Positions 1 to 19,316 of a stretch of 64,000 bases of DNA are shown in pieces. Source of the stretch: the human T2T-CHM13v2.0 reference genome, Homo sapiens; assembly GCF_009914755.1 (NCBI RefSeq), contig NC_060935.1. The stretch is one strand, 5' to 3'. The translations under genes were made by a program, and so were the position numbers. The notes under the pieces are model-generated. The model had not been told where the DNA came from. It worked only from the letters and a program-made list of their open reading frames with translations, and did no database searches. Numbering within the stretch: the stretch's first letter is position 1; every line of letters begins with the position of its first letter.

Positions 1-29
1 CCTTTGTTGAAAATGAGTTGGCTAAGAAG

Positions 30-780
<751 letters not shown>

Positions 781-1192
781 AGGGGGAGCATGGAGAGGTC
801 ATTTGTCCTACAGGATGTCCCACGTATGGGATTTGAATGATTGTTTTTTTGTTCCTTTACCTACATTATTTCCTATGCCTGGTCATGAGATCTAGACTTG
901 AATTCAAAATTTTAATTAAAATACTTCTTAGGTAGTTCCATATATTCCCTATTGTATCACATAAAGAAGCACATAATTTCTGACTGTCTCACTCTTACAG
1001 ATGCTAGATTAATCCGCGGGTCCTGGTGTTATCAACCTAATCCATCCAATCCTGAACTTACCCTTCAACCTTCCACCTTACGGTTTTGGCATCTGTTGAT
1101 GATTTTTGCCCTAGATCCATTGTTTCATTAGAAGTTGCAAAACAATGAGTTCCAAATTCTACCATTCCTTCTGAATTTAATCATTGGAATTT

Positions 1193-1224
<32 letters not shown>

Positions 1225-1423
1225 TTTTGAGACAGGGCCTCGCTCTGTCACACAGGCTGAAGAGCAGTGGCACCATCATAGCTCACTGCATCCTCAACCT
1301 CCCAGGTTCAAGCCATCCTCTTGTCTTGACTTCCCAAAGTGTTCGGATTACAGGTGTAAGTCATCATGCCTGGCCAGGATTATTGGGTTTTTAATAAAAG
1401 AGGAGACTCTGTTAACCTTGTAA

Positions 1424-1606
<183 letters not shown>

Positions 1607-2993
1607 TGAGTAGCTGGGATCACTGGCATGCGCCACCATGCCCAGCTAATTTTTATATTTTTAGTAGAGACAGGGTTTTGCCATATTGGCCATGCTGGTC
1701 TCGAACTCCTGGCCTCAAGTGATTCACCCACTTCAGCCTTCCAAAGTGCTGGGATTACAGGTGTGAGCCGCCACACGCAGCCAGGAATTTTTTAATAAAA
1801 CAACTTTTTTTCCTTATTCCTTAAACTGATGTTTGAAAAAAAACTTTTTAGTCAACTATTTGTGATTACCCAAAATATAGTTCATATAGAAAAAATTAAC
1901 ATAAGTATTGATTATAGTTTCCCTACGTCTACTAATAAGCTGATGTCCTGTGATATCCCATGTTGACAAATTTGGGCAGTAGGGGTAAAACTGACACAGA
2001 ACCCCAGCCAGGCGCTGTGGCTTATCCCTGTAATCTCAGCACTTTGGGAGGCCAAGGCAGGAGGATAACTTGAGCCCAGTTCAAGACCAGGCTGAACAAC
2101 ATGGCAAAAGCCTGTCTCTACAAAAGAAAATGCAAAAATTAGCTGGGCATGGTGGCGCATGCCTGTAGTCCCAGTTACGAGGAAGGTTGAGGTGGGAGGA
2201 CTGCTTGAGCCAGGGAGGCAGAGGTTGCAGTGAGCAGAGATTGATTGTGCCACTTCACTCCAGCCTGAGTGACAGAGGTAGACCCTGTGTCAGAAAAAAA
2301 AAAAAAAAAGATACAGAGCCCCCAAGTCACTTGCAACCCAACCCTGGGGATCAGATCAGCCTTGGCATTGCTCTACCCAAGATGGGCACAGACTGGATCT
2401 GGATCTTGTATGGGAACATGAGGGCCCTGGAAGTCCCAGAAGGAGCCACACCATTCCATTTTCTTTCCTTCGCCTGGAATAATGCCAGTTTAAGAAGGTA
2501 GCTCTTCTCATCTCAGGCAAGCAGAAGCTCCTAGTGGTTCTTTTTTTGTCTCTTTTGATTAGCAATACACTTTAATTATTTCTTTTTATTTGGCAGACAA
2601 AATGTTTCCAGCCTGGATCCTATCAGGGGAATTACAGCGGGTGCTCATCAAGTGGGAGTTCTCAGTAAGTCAGTTGGTTTATCTGACCCTGGTAGTCTTT
2701 CTTTACAAGTGGAAGGAAAATCAATGCATTCCATGTGTTATTCATTCAACAAACATGAATTGAACACCCTCCCTTTCTACCCCTTTTCTACTCTCCCTTT
2801 CTAGCCCTCTACACCCTCCCTTTCTAGCCCCCTTTCTACTCCCAACTCTAGGCCAGAAATAAAAACCTACACATCCCACAGTTGCTTAAGTTTTGGCCCA
2901 CACTATGTTTCTTGAAAAACAAATTAATTAGCTGCTAACAGCTAAAGATCAGGGATTTCACATAAATATCCAGACTTTTGACTTTTTATTTTA

Positions 2994-3055
<62 letters not shown>

Positions 3056-3075
3056 TTATATATATGTATATGTAT
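2994..3075. repeat. (TG)n(TA)n microsatellite
   Basis: Direct reading; about 20 TA units. Confidence 0.95.
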
Positions 3076-3084
3076 AAACACACA

Positions 3085-3484
3085 TCAGTTTTCATCCACA
3101 GTTCCTGGCTCATAACCCGCATAGCCCTTGTTACTGTCTTTTGTTACGAGGTTGGAGTGTGTTAGGCTTCTAACCAGGCCCCAGAAAACAGAATCTTTCT
3201 CCCTGACCTCCTTCGGCCTTCTTTTCACCTGCTCCTTTTTCTCTCTAAGGCAGGCCTTAGCACCTAAAAATATATTCTAATCTTCCCCTGCCTCTGTTCA
3301 TAAAGAAATTCTCTGACTGGCCGACTGCAGGTCATAAAACTCCACTTCAGAGGGGTCCTGCCCCATACCCTGGAGGAAGGAATGCTGCACAGAGAGACCA
3401 AGAAGAATCTCAACAGACGGGCATTTCTGGGCTTCTCCACTCAGTCTATCAACACTAGATCATTCCCTTTTTGTTCAATCACAC
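3085..3484 (+). mobile_element. MER4-group ERV1 LTR fragment, 3'-truncated
   Basis: ggggtcctgccccataccctggaggaaggaatgctgcacagagagaccaagaagaatct matches my recollection of the MER4-family consensus. Confidence 0.65.
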
Positions 3485-3498
3485 TTTTTTTTTTTTGA

Positions 3499-3756
<258 letters not shown>

Positions 3757-3769
3757 TAATGATTCAAAC

Positions 3770-3812
3770 TTTTTTTTTAAAGACTCATCAAGTGCAGCGG
3801 TGAGAAGGAGGG
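3770..3812 (-). pseudogene. 5'-truncated Y1 RNA (RNY1) retrocopy fragment with poly(A)
   Basis: Reverse complement reads CCTTCTCACCGCTGCACTTGATGAGTCTTT+A9, close to the hY1 3' end CCTTCTCACTACTGCACTTGACTAGTCTTT. Confidence 0.6.
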
Positions 3813-4856
3813 AGTTAAACTCTTTTGGAGGCAGGGCTCATGCCTGTAATCCCAGCACTGTTGGAGGTCAAGGCAGGCGAATCACTTGAGGCCAGGAGTT
3901 CGAGACCAGCCTGACCAACACATTGAAACCCAGTCCCTACTAAATATACAAAAAATCAGCTGGGCATGGTAGTGCACACCTGTAATCCAGCTACTTGGGA
4001 GGCTGAGGCATGAGAGTCACTTGAACCCAGAAGGCGGAGGTTGCAGTAAGCCGAGATCCCACCACGGCCCTCTAGACCGGGAGACAGAGTGAGACCCTGT
4101 CTCAAAAAATAATAATAATAAAATAAATAAATAAATAAATAAAACTCTTTTTGAGGTTCTATATTTGTAACCTGTGCCCACAGCATGAGGATGAATTCTG
4201 ATCTTCAAGGCAAAACCCTGGCCAGGCATGGTGGTGCATGCCTGTATTTGGGGAGGCGGAGGTGGGAGGGATCCTAGCATTTGGGGAGGCGGAGGTGGGA
4301 GGGATCGCTTGAGCCCAGGAGATTGAGGCTGCAGTGAGCTGTGATCATGCCACTGCACTCCAGCTTGGGCAACACAGCAAGACCCTGTCTCTAAGAAAAA
4401 TAAAATAAAATAAATGTAAATAACAAAGCAGAATTCTGCCCCCTCCACTTTTATCCTTTACCAACTGCAGACCAAAGAGATTCATAACCTTTGTTGAGAG
4501 AGAATGTGGAGAAAAAGATGGTTCTTATCAAAATTAAAAATGTCTCTCTTTAAAACGTTTTTGGATTGTAGGATCTCTGTGTTGTATGGAAGCTCGAAAA
4601 GATAACTGAGTATATCATTCCCAATTCCGGTTTTGCATCAGAGTCCTTAAGCTTGGGAGGCTTTTTATTATTCATGAACATTGCCTGGGATTCATTTCTA
4701 ATCTTCTGAAAAGAATCTCAGCCTATTCTTCTCATTATTTTTATGCTGTTTCTTAAGAAGTGAGAAGAAATTAGAGCGAGTGACTATAACGTCTATCAGT
4801 AGATTGTGTTGAGTAAACGTCCTTAGTTCTAGGTGGTGTCATTAGCCTACAGTTTA

Positions 4857-5282
<426 letters not shown>

Positions 5283-5554
5283 TCAAAAAAATAAAAAAAA
5301 TAAAAAGTGTGGTCTTTGTCCCAGCGATTTTGCTTTCAGGATTTAGGCTAACTCAATGGTCAGAAATGCCCAGAAACATATATGAGCAGGGATGTAATCT
5401 TCAGAGTCTCTTACACAAGGGAAAATCCGGAGCCTCCCAGTGTCTGTTAAGCAGAGTGCCCCAGCATAGGTAGACAATCATGCAGCCATCTTTTTGGTTT
5501 TTTATCTTTTTTGTTTCTTCTTTTCTTTAAAAAAAAATTTTTTTTTTTTTTTAG

Positions 5555-5860
<306 letters not shown>

Positions 5861-6626
5861 TGATTTTTTTTGTAGAAACGATGTCTCATCATGTTGCCCA
5901 GGCTGGTCTTGAACTCATAGGCTCAAGCAATCGTTCTGCCTCAGCCTCCCAAAGTGCTGGGATTACGAGTGTGAGTCACCACACCTGACCTTTCCTAAAA
6001 AATATTTTTAATTTGTTTTTTTCTGCAGCCATCTTAAGTCACATGACCCCAGTCTTGCTGAGCGCACATCAATGTTAGACTTTCTGCATGTGAACAGTGT
6101 GACATTGCCCATGTAAGCAAATGTCCTTGGAGACACACACTAAAGATTTAGGAGCAAAGGATCATGATGTCTGCAAGTAGCCAGGCATGCGGGGCCCAGA
6201 GCCTTTCTGCCCGAGTTCAAACCCCAGCACCGATATGTACGAGTCACGTGACCTTGGAAAAGTTTGTTTCTGGGCCTCAGCGTCCTAATCTGTAAACTTG
6301 GGATAAGAATAGTCCCTTCTAGTCATGGGTAAGGGCAAGAGTAGGTATGCTAATGCATGTGGGTTTCTTCCTGGGGTACTGGAAATGTTCTGAGATTAAA
6401 TCACGGTGATGCTTTTACAACTCCGTAAACATGAAAAAGACCACTGAACTGTACACTTCAGATGGGCAAATTTATGATATGCGAGACACACCTCAATAAA
6501 GCTGTTAAACTTTATAAACAACAACAAAAAATCACAGGGAAGAACAGTTTCTGCCTTCTAGGACTACAGTGAGGACTCAATGAATTTAACATATAAAACA
6601 TTTAGAACATGCCTGTCACCTCGTAG

Positions 6627-6949
<323 letters not shown>

Positions 6950-7599
6950 GAGCTATTTCTATTTTAAACACCAGACAAAGACCAAAAGGTTAACAGTTAG
7001 CCAAAGGATTTAACACTCATTCTATCCAAAAGGCAACTGTATGGACAATTTTTTTCTCTCCTTATACTTTTCTGAGTTTCTTCCGTGATTGCTTTTAAGA
7101 TGGTGGGAAAGCTAAGCATTATTCTATAAAAGAGAGGGAAAGACCCCCAATAGAGAGGAGGCTATATCTTTGCTGGGGTTGCCTGGGTTCCTGCTGGAGT
7201 GAATTATTCCCCAGAGAAAAAAGGCCCTCAGGAAGCCTACTGTCAGTGGAGGACTGACGCCTAGTGGCCAAGGCGGATATTACATGCATACATGTGGTGG
7301 TCTTAGACCCGCCCATTGGTTCCATCTACTTAAACAGTTACTTAGCGACATGAAACCACTGTAATATGAACTCTCCTACCTTTAGACCTGCGAATCCCAT
7401 TTTGAGAAATACATCTCACATAAGTAAATATATGTTTATTATTATTAGTTATAAAATATATATTAGCTACAAAGATTTTCCCAGGGACTCTATTACCAGT
7501 GAAAGATGGAAGGCACCCCAGATTCTAAGAGCAGGGAAATTATCAATAGGAAAGAATCTGCTCCTGGCTCTTTTTCTTTTGTTTATTTATTTTTTTTGA

Positions 7600-8044
<445 letters not shown>

Positions 8045-8442
8045 TGAGCCACCATTCCCGGCCTGCTCCTTGCTCTTAAAGTGATGAGCGTGGACTACAT
8101 CTGCCCATCTGTCTAAAGAAAAGCACAGACCATTTTTACAAATACACAATTTTGATATATTGCAAAAATGTTTGTGCAGAACAGAATGCAATGAAAAATT
8201 AGCTGCCTGAGTTTTTATTACAAAGGTTATATGAACTATAGAATACAGTTTTACAATAAATATATTTCCTAAAGAAAGTCTACAATTAATATTATCTTCT
8301 AAATAAATATTATGACTTTTAAATGTTTCCAATGGTTAGACACATATATTTGGCTATTTAAAAATATTTCCCAGGTAGACAATGTTTTACTTTAAGGCCT
8401 GTTCATTTACTTTTTAAAGTTTTTAAATTTGTTTCTTGTTGA

Positions 8443-8586
<144 letters not shown>

Positions 8587-8600
8587 TAAATTTTTTGTAG

Positions 8601-9100
<500 letters not shown>

Positions 9101-9542
9101 CTATAAAAAGAAAGAAAAGAAAAGCACAGCTGAAATCATGAGTAACAAGCACTCTCCCTCCCTCACCTCCTTCCAGTCTCCACTCACACGCCCCCTCCAG
9201 GGTGGGGCCCTCTGTGGTCCCTCTGTCTAAAATGTCAACCGTCCTGACACTCCCCATCTTCTTCCTTACTGTAGTTTCTTTCTGGCTTCACAGAATCACA
9301 CGCTATAATTTGCTTATTTATCTTGTTGGTTATCTGTCTCCTTCCCTGGTGTGTAAACTCATGAGGGCAAAGATTTGGGTCTGTCCTGTTTCTTGATGAA
9401 TCCTCTGTGCCTAAAATAATAGCTGCTTAATAAATACTTTTGGAATGAACATCATGTGAACTCAATGTTAAGAAAACCCAACGTCATAGGTGCACGCTGA
9501 GTGCAACTCTGCAAAAGCAGGAAGCGTGGACATTGCCGCCTG

Positions 9543-11180
<1,638 letters not shown>

Positions 11181-11694
11181 CCAAGAAACACAAAGAATGC
11201 TGGAATGTGTTTAAAGAATACTGGGCAATTTAAGCATGAAAATAAATGGCAATAATGGATTAGAACTCACTGACCAAAGCAGGAATCTATGACACCACAC
11301 TGATCAAGAAATACAAACAGATAGGTAAATAAATAGGAAGAAGAAAAGCTTTTCCTTACCAAAGAATGCCAATTAAAAATGTAAAATGTAAAAGAAATGA
11401 TAGAATTAGAAAGTCACCCCTAGGCCGGGTGCGGTGGCTCATGCCCATAATCCCAACACTTTGGGAGGCTGAGGTGGGCAGATCACTTGAGGTCAGGAGT
11501 TTGAGACCAGCCTGACCAACATGGAGAAACTCTGGCTCTGCTAAAAATACAAAAATTAGGCTGGGTGCGGTGGCTCACACCTATAATCCTAGCACTTTGG
11601 GAGGCCGAGGCGGGCAGATCACCTGAGGTCAGGAGTGGCAGACCAGCCTGGACAATATGGTGAAACCCCGTCTCTACTAAAAATACAAAAATTA

Positions 11695-12013
<319 letters not shown>

Positions 12014-12369
12014 CTAGTTGAGGGACATTCTGCAAAACAACTGGCCTATACTCTTCAAAAGTGTCAACGTGATGAATGAAAAAGGCAGAGGGAGGGACTG
12101 TTCAAGATCAAAGGACACCTGGGAGACCTGGAACCCAAAAGAATGTGCGATCCTGGATTGAGTTGTGGAACAGAAAATTAAAAATCACAAAAAAGAACAA
12201 TTTTAGGACAACTGGTGAAATCTGAATATGTGCTGTGTATTAGATAATAGTATCGTATCAATGTAAGACTTACTGCCTGTGGTCATTTTGACATCATCCA
12301 CGTAAGCAAATGTCCTTAGAAACACACACTAAAGATTTAGGAGCAAAGGATCATGATGTCTGCAATTGA

Positions 12370-12770
<401 letters not shown>

Positions 12771-13286
12771 TAACTCCTGACCTCAGGTGATCTGCCCTCC
12801 TCAGCCTCCCAAATATATGGGAATTTGTTGCACTATTCTGGCACTTTTTCTGTAGATTTAAAATATTTTCTTTTGTTGTTGTTGAAACAGGGTTTCACTC
12901 GGGTCGCCCAGGCTGGAGTGCAGTGACACAGTTATGGCTCACTGCAGTCTCAACCTTCTGGGCTCAGGTGATTCTCCACCTCAGCCTTCTGAGTAGCTGG
13001 GACTACAGGCGTGTGCCACCATGCCTGGCTAATTTTTTCTATTTTTAGTAGAAACAGAGTTTCACCATGTTGGCCAGGCTGGTCTCGAACTCCTGGACTG
13101 AAGCAATCCACCCACCTTGGCCTCCCAAAGTGCTGGGATTACAGGATGAGCCTCCGTGCCCGGCTCTCCTTGCCATTTTTACATACTGATATCTCTGGGC
13201 TCTGTGCCAGACTGGGGTGGGTGCCAGAGGAAAAGGATAAGACCCCGCCCCTCCCCTTGAGCACAGGGTCGACTGCAGGTGGTCAC

Positions 13287-13300
13287 GCACCATCTGCTGG
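13287..13300 (-). promoter_or_regulatory. Candidate CTCF motif in a GC-rich, repeat-poor segment
   Basis: Minus strand CCAGCAGATGGTGC resembles the CTCF core; GC box gaccccgcccc at ~13241; motif evidence only. Confidence 0.3.
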
Positions 13301-14117
13301 GTGCTGGGGGGCAAGGCGGCAGCAGGACATGGGAGGAAGGTACGGGGGAGCAGGGTCTGAAGGAGAGCATTAGCAAGGGCCCTCCCCCTCCTCCTCTCTC
13401 CTGCCTTCCACCGGGATCTGCCTTGCTCCGAGGCGGAGAGACTGACCCCCAGGCTCCAGTACCCTCCACCTTCAGCCCCAGCTCGAGCTGGGTCCTGGCA
13501 GTGCTAGTCCCTCCCTGCGCTCCTTTTGATTTTCCACTGCTGCTGGCTCCCGGTGCCTCCTCATCGCTTTTGGGGTCCTTTACCCTTGCCCACCCCCTCA
13601 CTAAATCTCTTCAAACCTCTAGGTGGGCCACCTGTTTCCACAAGGATTCTGACACTCTAGGTAATGACAGAGAAACGCTTTCAAAGGGAACAGCTTGTGC
13701 CAAGGCTCAGAGGCAGGGGAGGATGTAGCCCAGTGGGAGAATTCAGACCGCCCAGGGCAGGAGGGCAGGAAGGCAAGCTGTTCCAGCCCAGGTCACAGCT
13801 CTCAGCATTGAAACTGGGAACTGTGACACCTCCCACCTGAGCCCCACATCCCCCACCCCCGGAGGACGCATTGGCCGGGGCCTGCCTACAGCTTTACCTG
13901 AGCCCATCCCGGAGCGTGGACTGGGACACAGGAGCAGGCTCCAGGCTCCACCGTGGATTACACAGGCACACCCCTTGCTGAGGTCGAAAACAGGAGGCTT
14001 GTGTTCCTCCTCCACAGTGGCGTGGTTTTGGAGCCTCCAGCCAGGCCCAGAAGCCTCCTCTACCTTTCCTTTTTTTTTTTTTTTTCTTTCTTTCTTTTTT
14101 TTTTTTTTTTTAGATAA

Positions 14118-14216
<99 letters not shown>

Positions 14217-15920
14217 TGAGTAGCTGGGATTACAGGCACGCGCCACCATGCCTGGATAATTTTTGTATTTTTAGTAGAGACGGGGTTTTACCATGTTGGT
14301 CAGGCTGGTCTTGAACTCCTGACCTCATGATCCGCCCGCCTCGGCCTCCCAAAGTGCTGGGATCACACGCATGAGCCACCATGCCCAGCCCTCCTCTCTA
14401 CCTTTTCTAGCAATGAAAACTTCATACCTGACAGTCAGCCTGGATGCTTAATGCTCAACCATTCACTCAACATCTACACTGCCCCAGGTCCAGATCTTTG
14501 TAAAAATGAGATGCTCCCCTAGGAAGGAGGAACACACTCCTGGACTGATTTCAGCCTCCAGATACTAAGACAGTTTAAATGCCTCCTCCTCCACGATGGC
14601 CTCCCATATGTCCCTTGGAAGTAAGCTCCTTTTCTTGAATGACTAGCACTCTGTCCCTTTTATACCCTTCTTAGTGTCTGCCCTAGTTAATAATTTCTAC
14701 TGTTTTCTGCTTTTTATTACAGTGACTGAGGTATGGGTCTTACTTCTCTCACTCAGATGTAAACCCACTGAGGACAAAACTCATGGCTGATTCATCTCTA
14801 TCAAGCCTACTGCCTGGCATGTGGAATGTATGAATGAGTGAATGAACGAGAAGATGAACAAGGCAAAGCGCTCATAAGCATGGCCAGTTTGGCCAGGGAG
14901 TAGGCTGTAAGAAGACGTCAGAGCCTTCTGCTTGAATCTGCTGCCTTGCCGCCCACCCCAGGCTAAGGCACGAAGACCCTCAAAGCTGCTGCTGCAGGTC
15001 CTTTGGAGGAGCAGGCAGCTGGGCTCCCTGGCTCTCCCATCTGGAGCAGGAGGCCCAGGACAGGTGCTTTAAATACCCTCTGGCCACACCCCCAGCCTAC
15101 TGCCCCTGGCACCAATGGTGGCAGAGTCACAGGTCAGAAACCAGGATTCAGGTCACCCCTTAGAAGGAACAGGGCGTAGATGGGGACAGATTGGATCAGA
15201 AAAGGCTGAGGAGGCCAGGTCCAGAGCTGTGCACACCTGGGAGTAACGTGGTATTTGAGATACCGAGGACAAAAGAGCTGCGGCTGTCGGGGGCAGGACG
15301 CACTATCAGGGGACCTTAACCTCTGTCCCCAAGAGGGGTTCACACCCCAGGCCACCAGTTTCAGTGGGTTTACACTGGGGCTCTGGGCAGGCGCAGCTCA
15401 AGGCAGGTGCTCTGAGGGAGAGCAGGGCTGTGAGGGGCTGGGGAGGCTGGCCCAGAATCTCCCCATGCCCGCCTGGAGACTGCAGGCCAACTTCCTGGTC
15501 ATGCCCCAGTTCCCAGGAATTTTCCAGCTCCTGCTTAATAGCTCCATCCTCCCTCCATCTGCCCCCAGCCCACTCCCAGTTTCCAAACATTTTCTTTTTT
15601 GCTTCCAGTTAACCCTTGCTCTGCCCAGTACCGAATTTCTGTCACTGCCTCCTCCAAGACCTTCTCTTGTATTTTGCCCAAAGCAGGTGTCAGAACCCTT
15701 TCTGGGGGCCGAGCAGCTTGGTGTTGGGAGGCTGTGGTTGAGATTCCCGGCTCTCTTACTCCCTTCCCAGGGCTTGGGCAAATTCTTGCCCCCAGTGCCT
15801 CCTCTCTGCTTCCTGACTCTCCCTTGAGAGCTTGGACCATAGACCCCAGCACCCTTCCTGCTCAAGGACACACTCCACTCTGAGTATACACCCAACAGAA
15901 ACACATACATATGTTCTCTA

Positions 15921-16049
<129 letters not shown>

Positions 16050-16264
16050 CTACACAAAAATAAAAAAAATTAGCCAGGCATGGTGGCACACACCTGTGGT
16101 ACCAGCTACTTGAGAGGCTGAGGTGGGAGGATTGCTTGAGTCTGGGAGGTCAAGGCTGTGGTGAGCCATAATTGTGCTTCTACACTCTAGCCTGGGTGAC
16201 AGAGCAAGACCCTGTCTCAAAAAAAAAAAAAAAAAAAGAATGTGTATTAGAATGACTGTAACTA

Positions 16265-16631
<367 letters not shown>

Positions 16632-18764
16632 CAAAGGAATGATAAATGTTCAAGATGATAAATATGCTAATTACTCTGATCTGATCACTAAACATTATGT
16701 GTACGGAAACATCCCTATGTACCCATAAATATGTACAATTATTACATGTCAATTAAAAAGAAAAGAGCTAGGCACAGTAGCTCATGGTGTAAATCCAGCA
16801 CTTGGGAAGGCCAAGGCGGAAGGACTGCTTGAGGCCAAGGGTTCAGGACCAGCCTGAGCAACATACCAAGACTTCATTTCTATTGTTTTTAATAAATAAA
16901 TAAAAGGAGAAGAAAGAAGATGTGTATATAAGAGAACGTTCATAGAGCACTGTTCCTAAGAACTCCACACTGGAAGCTTCCCAAATGCCTATGAACTGAA
17001 AAAGAGAAAATAACAGGTATATTGATGCAGAGGAATAATACACAGCAATGAAAATGACTGAGTAACAACTCCACACACCGCCATTCGTGGATGCCTCTCC
17101 TAAACATGATTTTGAGCAAAGAAGCACAATGCAAACTAAAGTGCTTGTTATGTGGTACTGCTTAGCAAAAGTACAAAAACAGGGAAATGAATCTTTGCTG
17201 TTTGGAAATTAGAGTAGTGATACGCTTGGTTTGGCCCTAGGATAGTGACTGGGAAGAGCCTGGGGTGGGGTCCCGGGGTACCTGACATGCTCTTTTGCTG
17301 GGTCTGGGTTGTGGTTACATGCGTGTGCTTGGTTTGTGAAAATTCATCAAGCTGTTTCTTACGATATGCACCTTTCTGTGTGCATATCATATCTTGAGAA
17401 AAGTTTTAAAATGATAATGTAGATTTATAAAAATCACTTGTAAAATACAAGACCATGATTTTTCTTTTAAAAGCGGGTTTGGGTTGCAAATAAAGTAGCG
17501 CAGCAGAAGCAAGCTGGGCCTATCAAAACAGGTTGGTTGCAAAACATGTGCCATATCTTGTGGTCCTATATTTGTAAGTAAATCAATATATTCATTTACT
17601 ACGCCAGTGGTGGTTAGTTCTGGGTAGTGGGGTTAAAAGTCATTTAAAAAATTTTATTTACCTATAAATAATCTACAATGATAATGTATTACTTCTATAC
17701 TTGAGCCAAAAAAGTTATCATCAATTTAACTTTTAAAACCTGCGGGCATCTCTGGAGAAGCAGCCCAGGTCTGGGACTGGGGAGTGGAAAACACAATGTT
17801 CTCTTTGGTGTTGGAAGATCCTGTCCCTGGGGTGAGACCTTGATTGAAAACTGCGAGGGGACCAGCTGCCCCAATGCCTATCAGACCAGCTCGATAACAT
17901 TTATCATGCTTAAGTGCTCTGTCTCAGGCTTGCCGTGACTAGGTTCCTTAGATCTCATTCCATTGCTTGATTTGATTGGTTCATGGAATATTTATGAACA
18001 CCTGTGCCCTTGGCAGGGGCTGCCCTGCATCGGAGACACTGCTACCAGTGCCCCTGAAAGCCAGGCAATACCATACTGAGTGCCAGGCAGGGCTAATGGC
18101 AAAGTAAACGTTGTTGTCTAATCTTTCAGCCGGGCCAGTCTAGTACAATGAGATGATGTGGCTTCCTTGCTGGCAGCCACGGATCAGCCCTGGCTGAAAA
18201 TCAGATCTCATGGGAGCACGTAGTTGCAGAATCAGGATTCCCTTTTCCATCCCAAGGGTTCTTCTGGTCAAGGGGGCTGAGTGGAATGGCTTCTCCAAGT
18301 GCCCCTGGGATGGAGGCTGCAGCCATCATGGAATGTTCCTGTCACACACTAACCCATGAGCAGAAACCAGGTGGATGTACATAGTCACATAGTCTGGCCA
18401 GGGACCAGAGCCTCCTGAGACCCAGGTTCAGGTCCCATCTGTGTCATTACTTAGTTATGTGAACCTGCACTGATCACTTAACCCCTCTGAGCTATGTCCG
18501 TTGGGAAAAAGTGGGAGTAATAGTTTAATAATTCTTTTTAAAATAATTCAAAGCATTCAGAAAAGCACAAATAGGCACACAAATGTAAGCACTACTATGT
18601 TGAGGGAGGTTTGCAGATGACCTGACCAACAACGTCACCTTCTCCCTTTTCAGATCACTCATATTGCCTGAGCAGAAAACCACCTAGCAGAGCACTGAAA
18701 TGGTCCCAAAAGAGGGAAGAGCAAGAGGCAACCAGGTGGATCTTTTTGGAGTTTTCAAGAGGTT

Positions 18765-19316
18765 TCCAGTCCTGCTTTCTATTGCTGATGACAAGTTAAC
18801 ACACACTGAATGACTTACAACAACTCACACTGACTCACTATCTCACTGTTTCTGTGGGTCAGGAATCCAGGCTCGGTACAGCTGAGGCCTCTGTCAGTCA
18901 GGGATGTCAGCCTGGTCTGTGGTCTCATCTGAGGCTTGACTAGAGAAGGATCTGCTTCCATGCTCACACGCTTGCTGGCAGGATTCAGTTACTTGTAGAT
19001 TGTCACACTGAAGGCCTGAGTTCCTTGCTGGCTGTCAGCTGGAGGCCACCCTTGGGTCCTTCCCCTTGGGCCTCTTTATAGGGCAGCTTTCTTTATCAGA
19101 GCCAGCAAGAGGAAGAGTCTATACAGACAGTGTGCTAGCAAGACACAAGCTACAAGCCTGTATAATGTCATCGCAAAAGCAACATCCCATCTACTTTGCT
19201 GTATCCTGTTGGCTAGAAGCAAGTCCTGCCTACACAAAAGGGGAGGGGATTACGCAGGGATGTGAACACCAGCAGCATGAATAATTGGGGGCCATCCTAC
19301 AGTCTCTCTGCCATAC
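18765..19316 (-). mobile_element. MLT1-type LTR (also at ~37927-38476 and ~56758-57307)
   Basis: tttctgtgggtcaggaatccagg, ctcatctgaggcttgact..agaaggatctgcttcca, ttgggggccatcct. Confidence 0.7.

Noticed and set aside
15255-15910. Overlapping 190 aa (+) and 170 aa (-) ORFs
   Set aside because: Starts are not clearly ATG-based, composition reflects GC/CT-rich DNA, and there is no recognisable domain.
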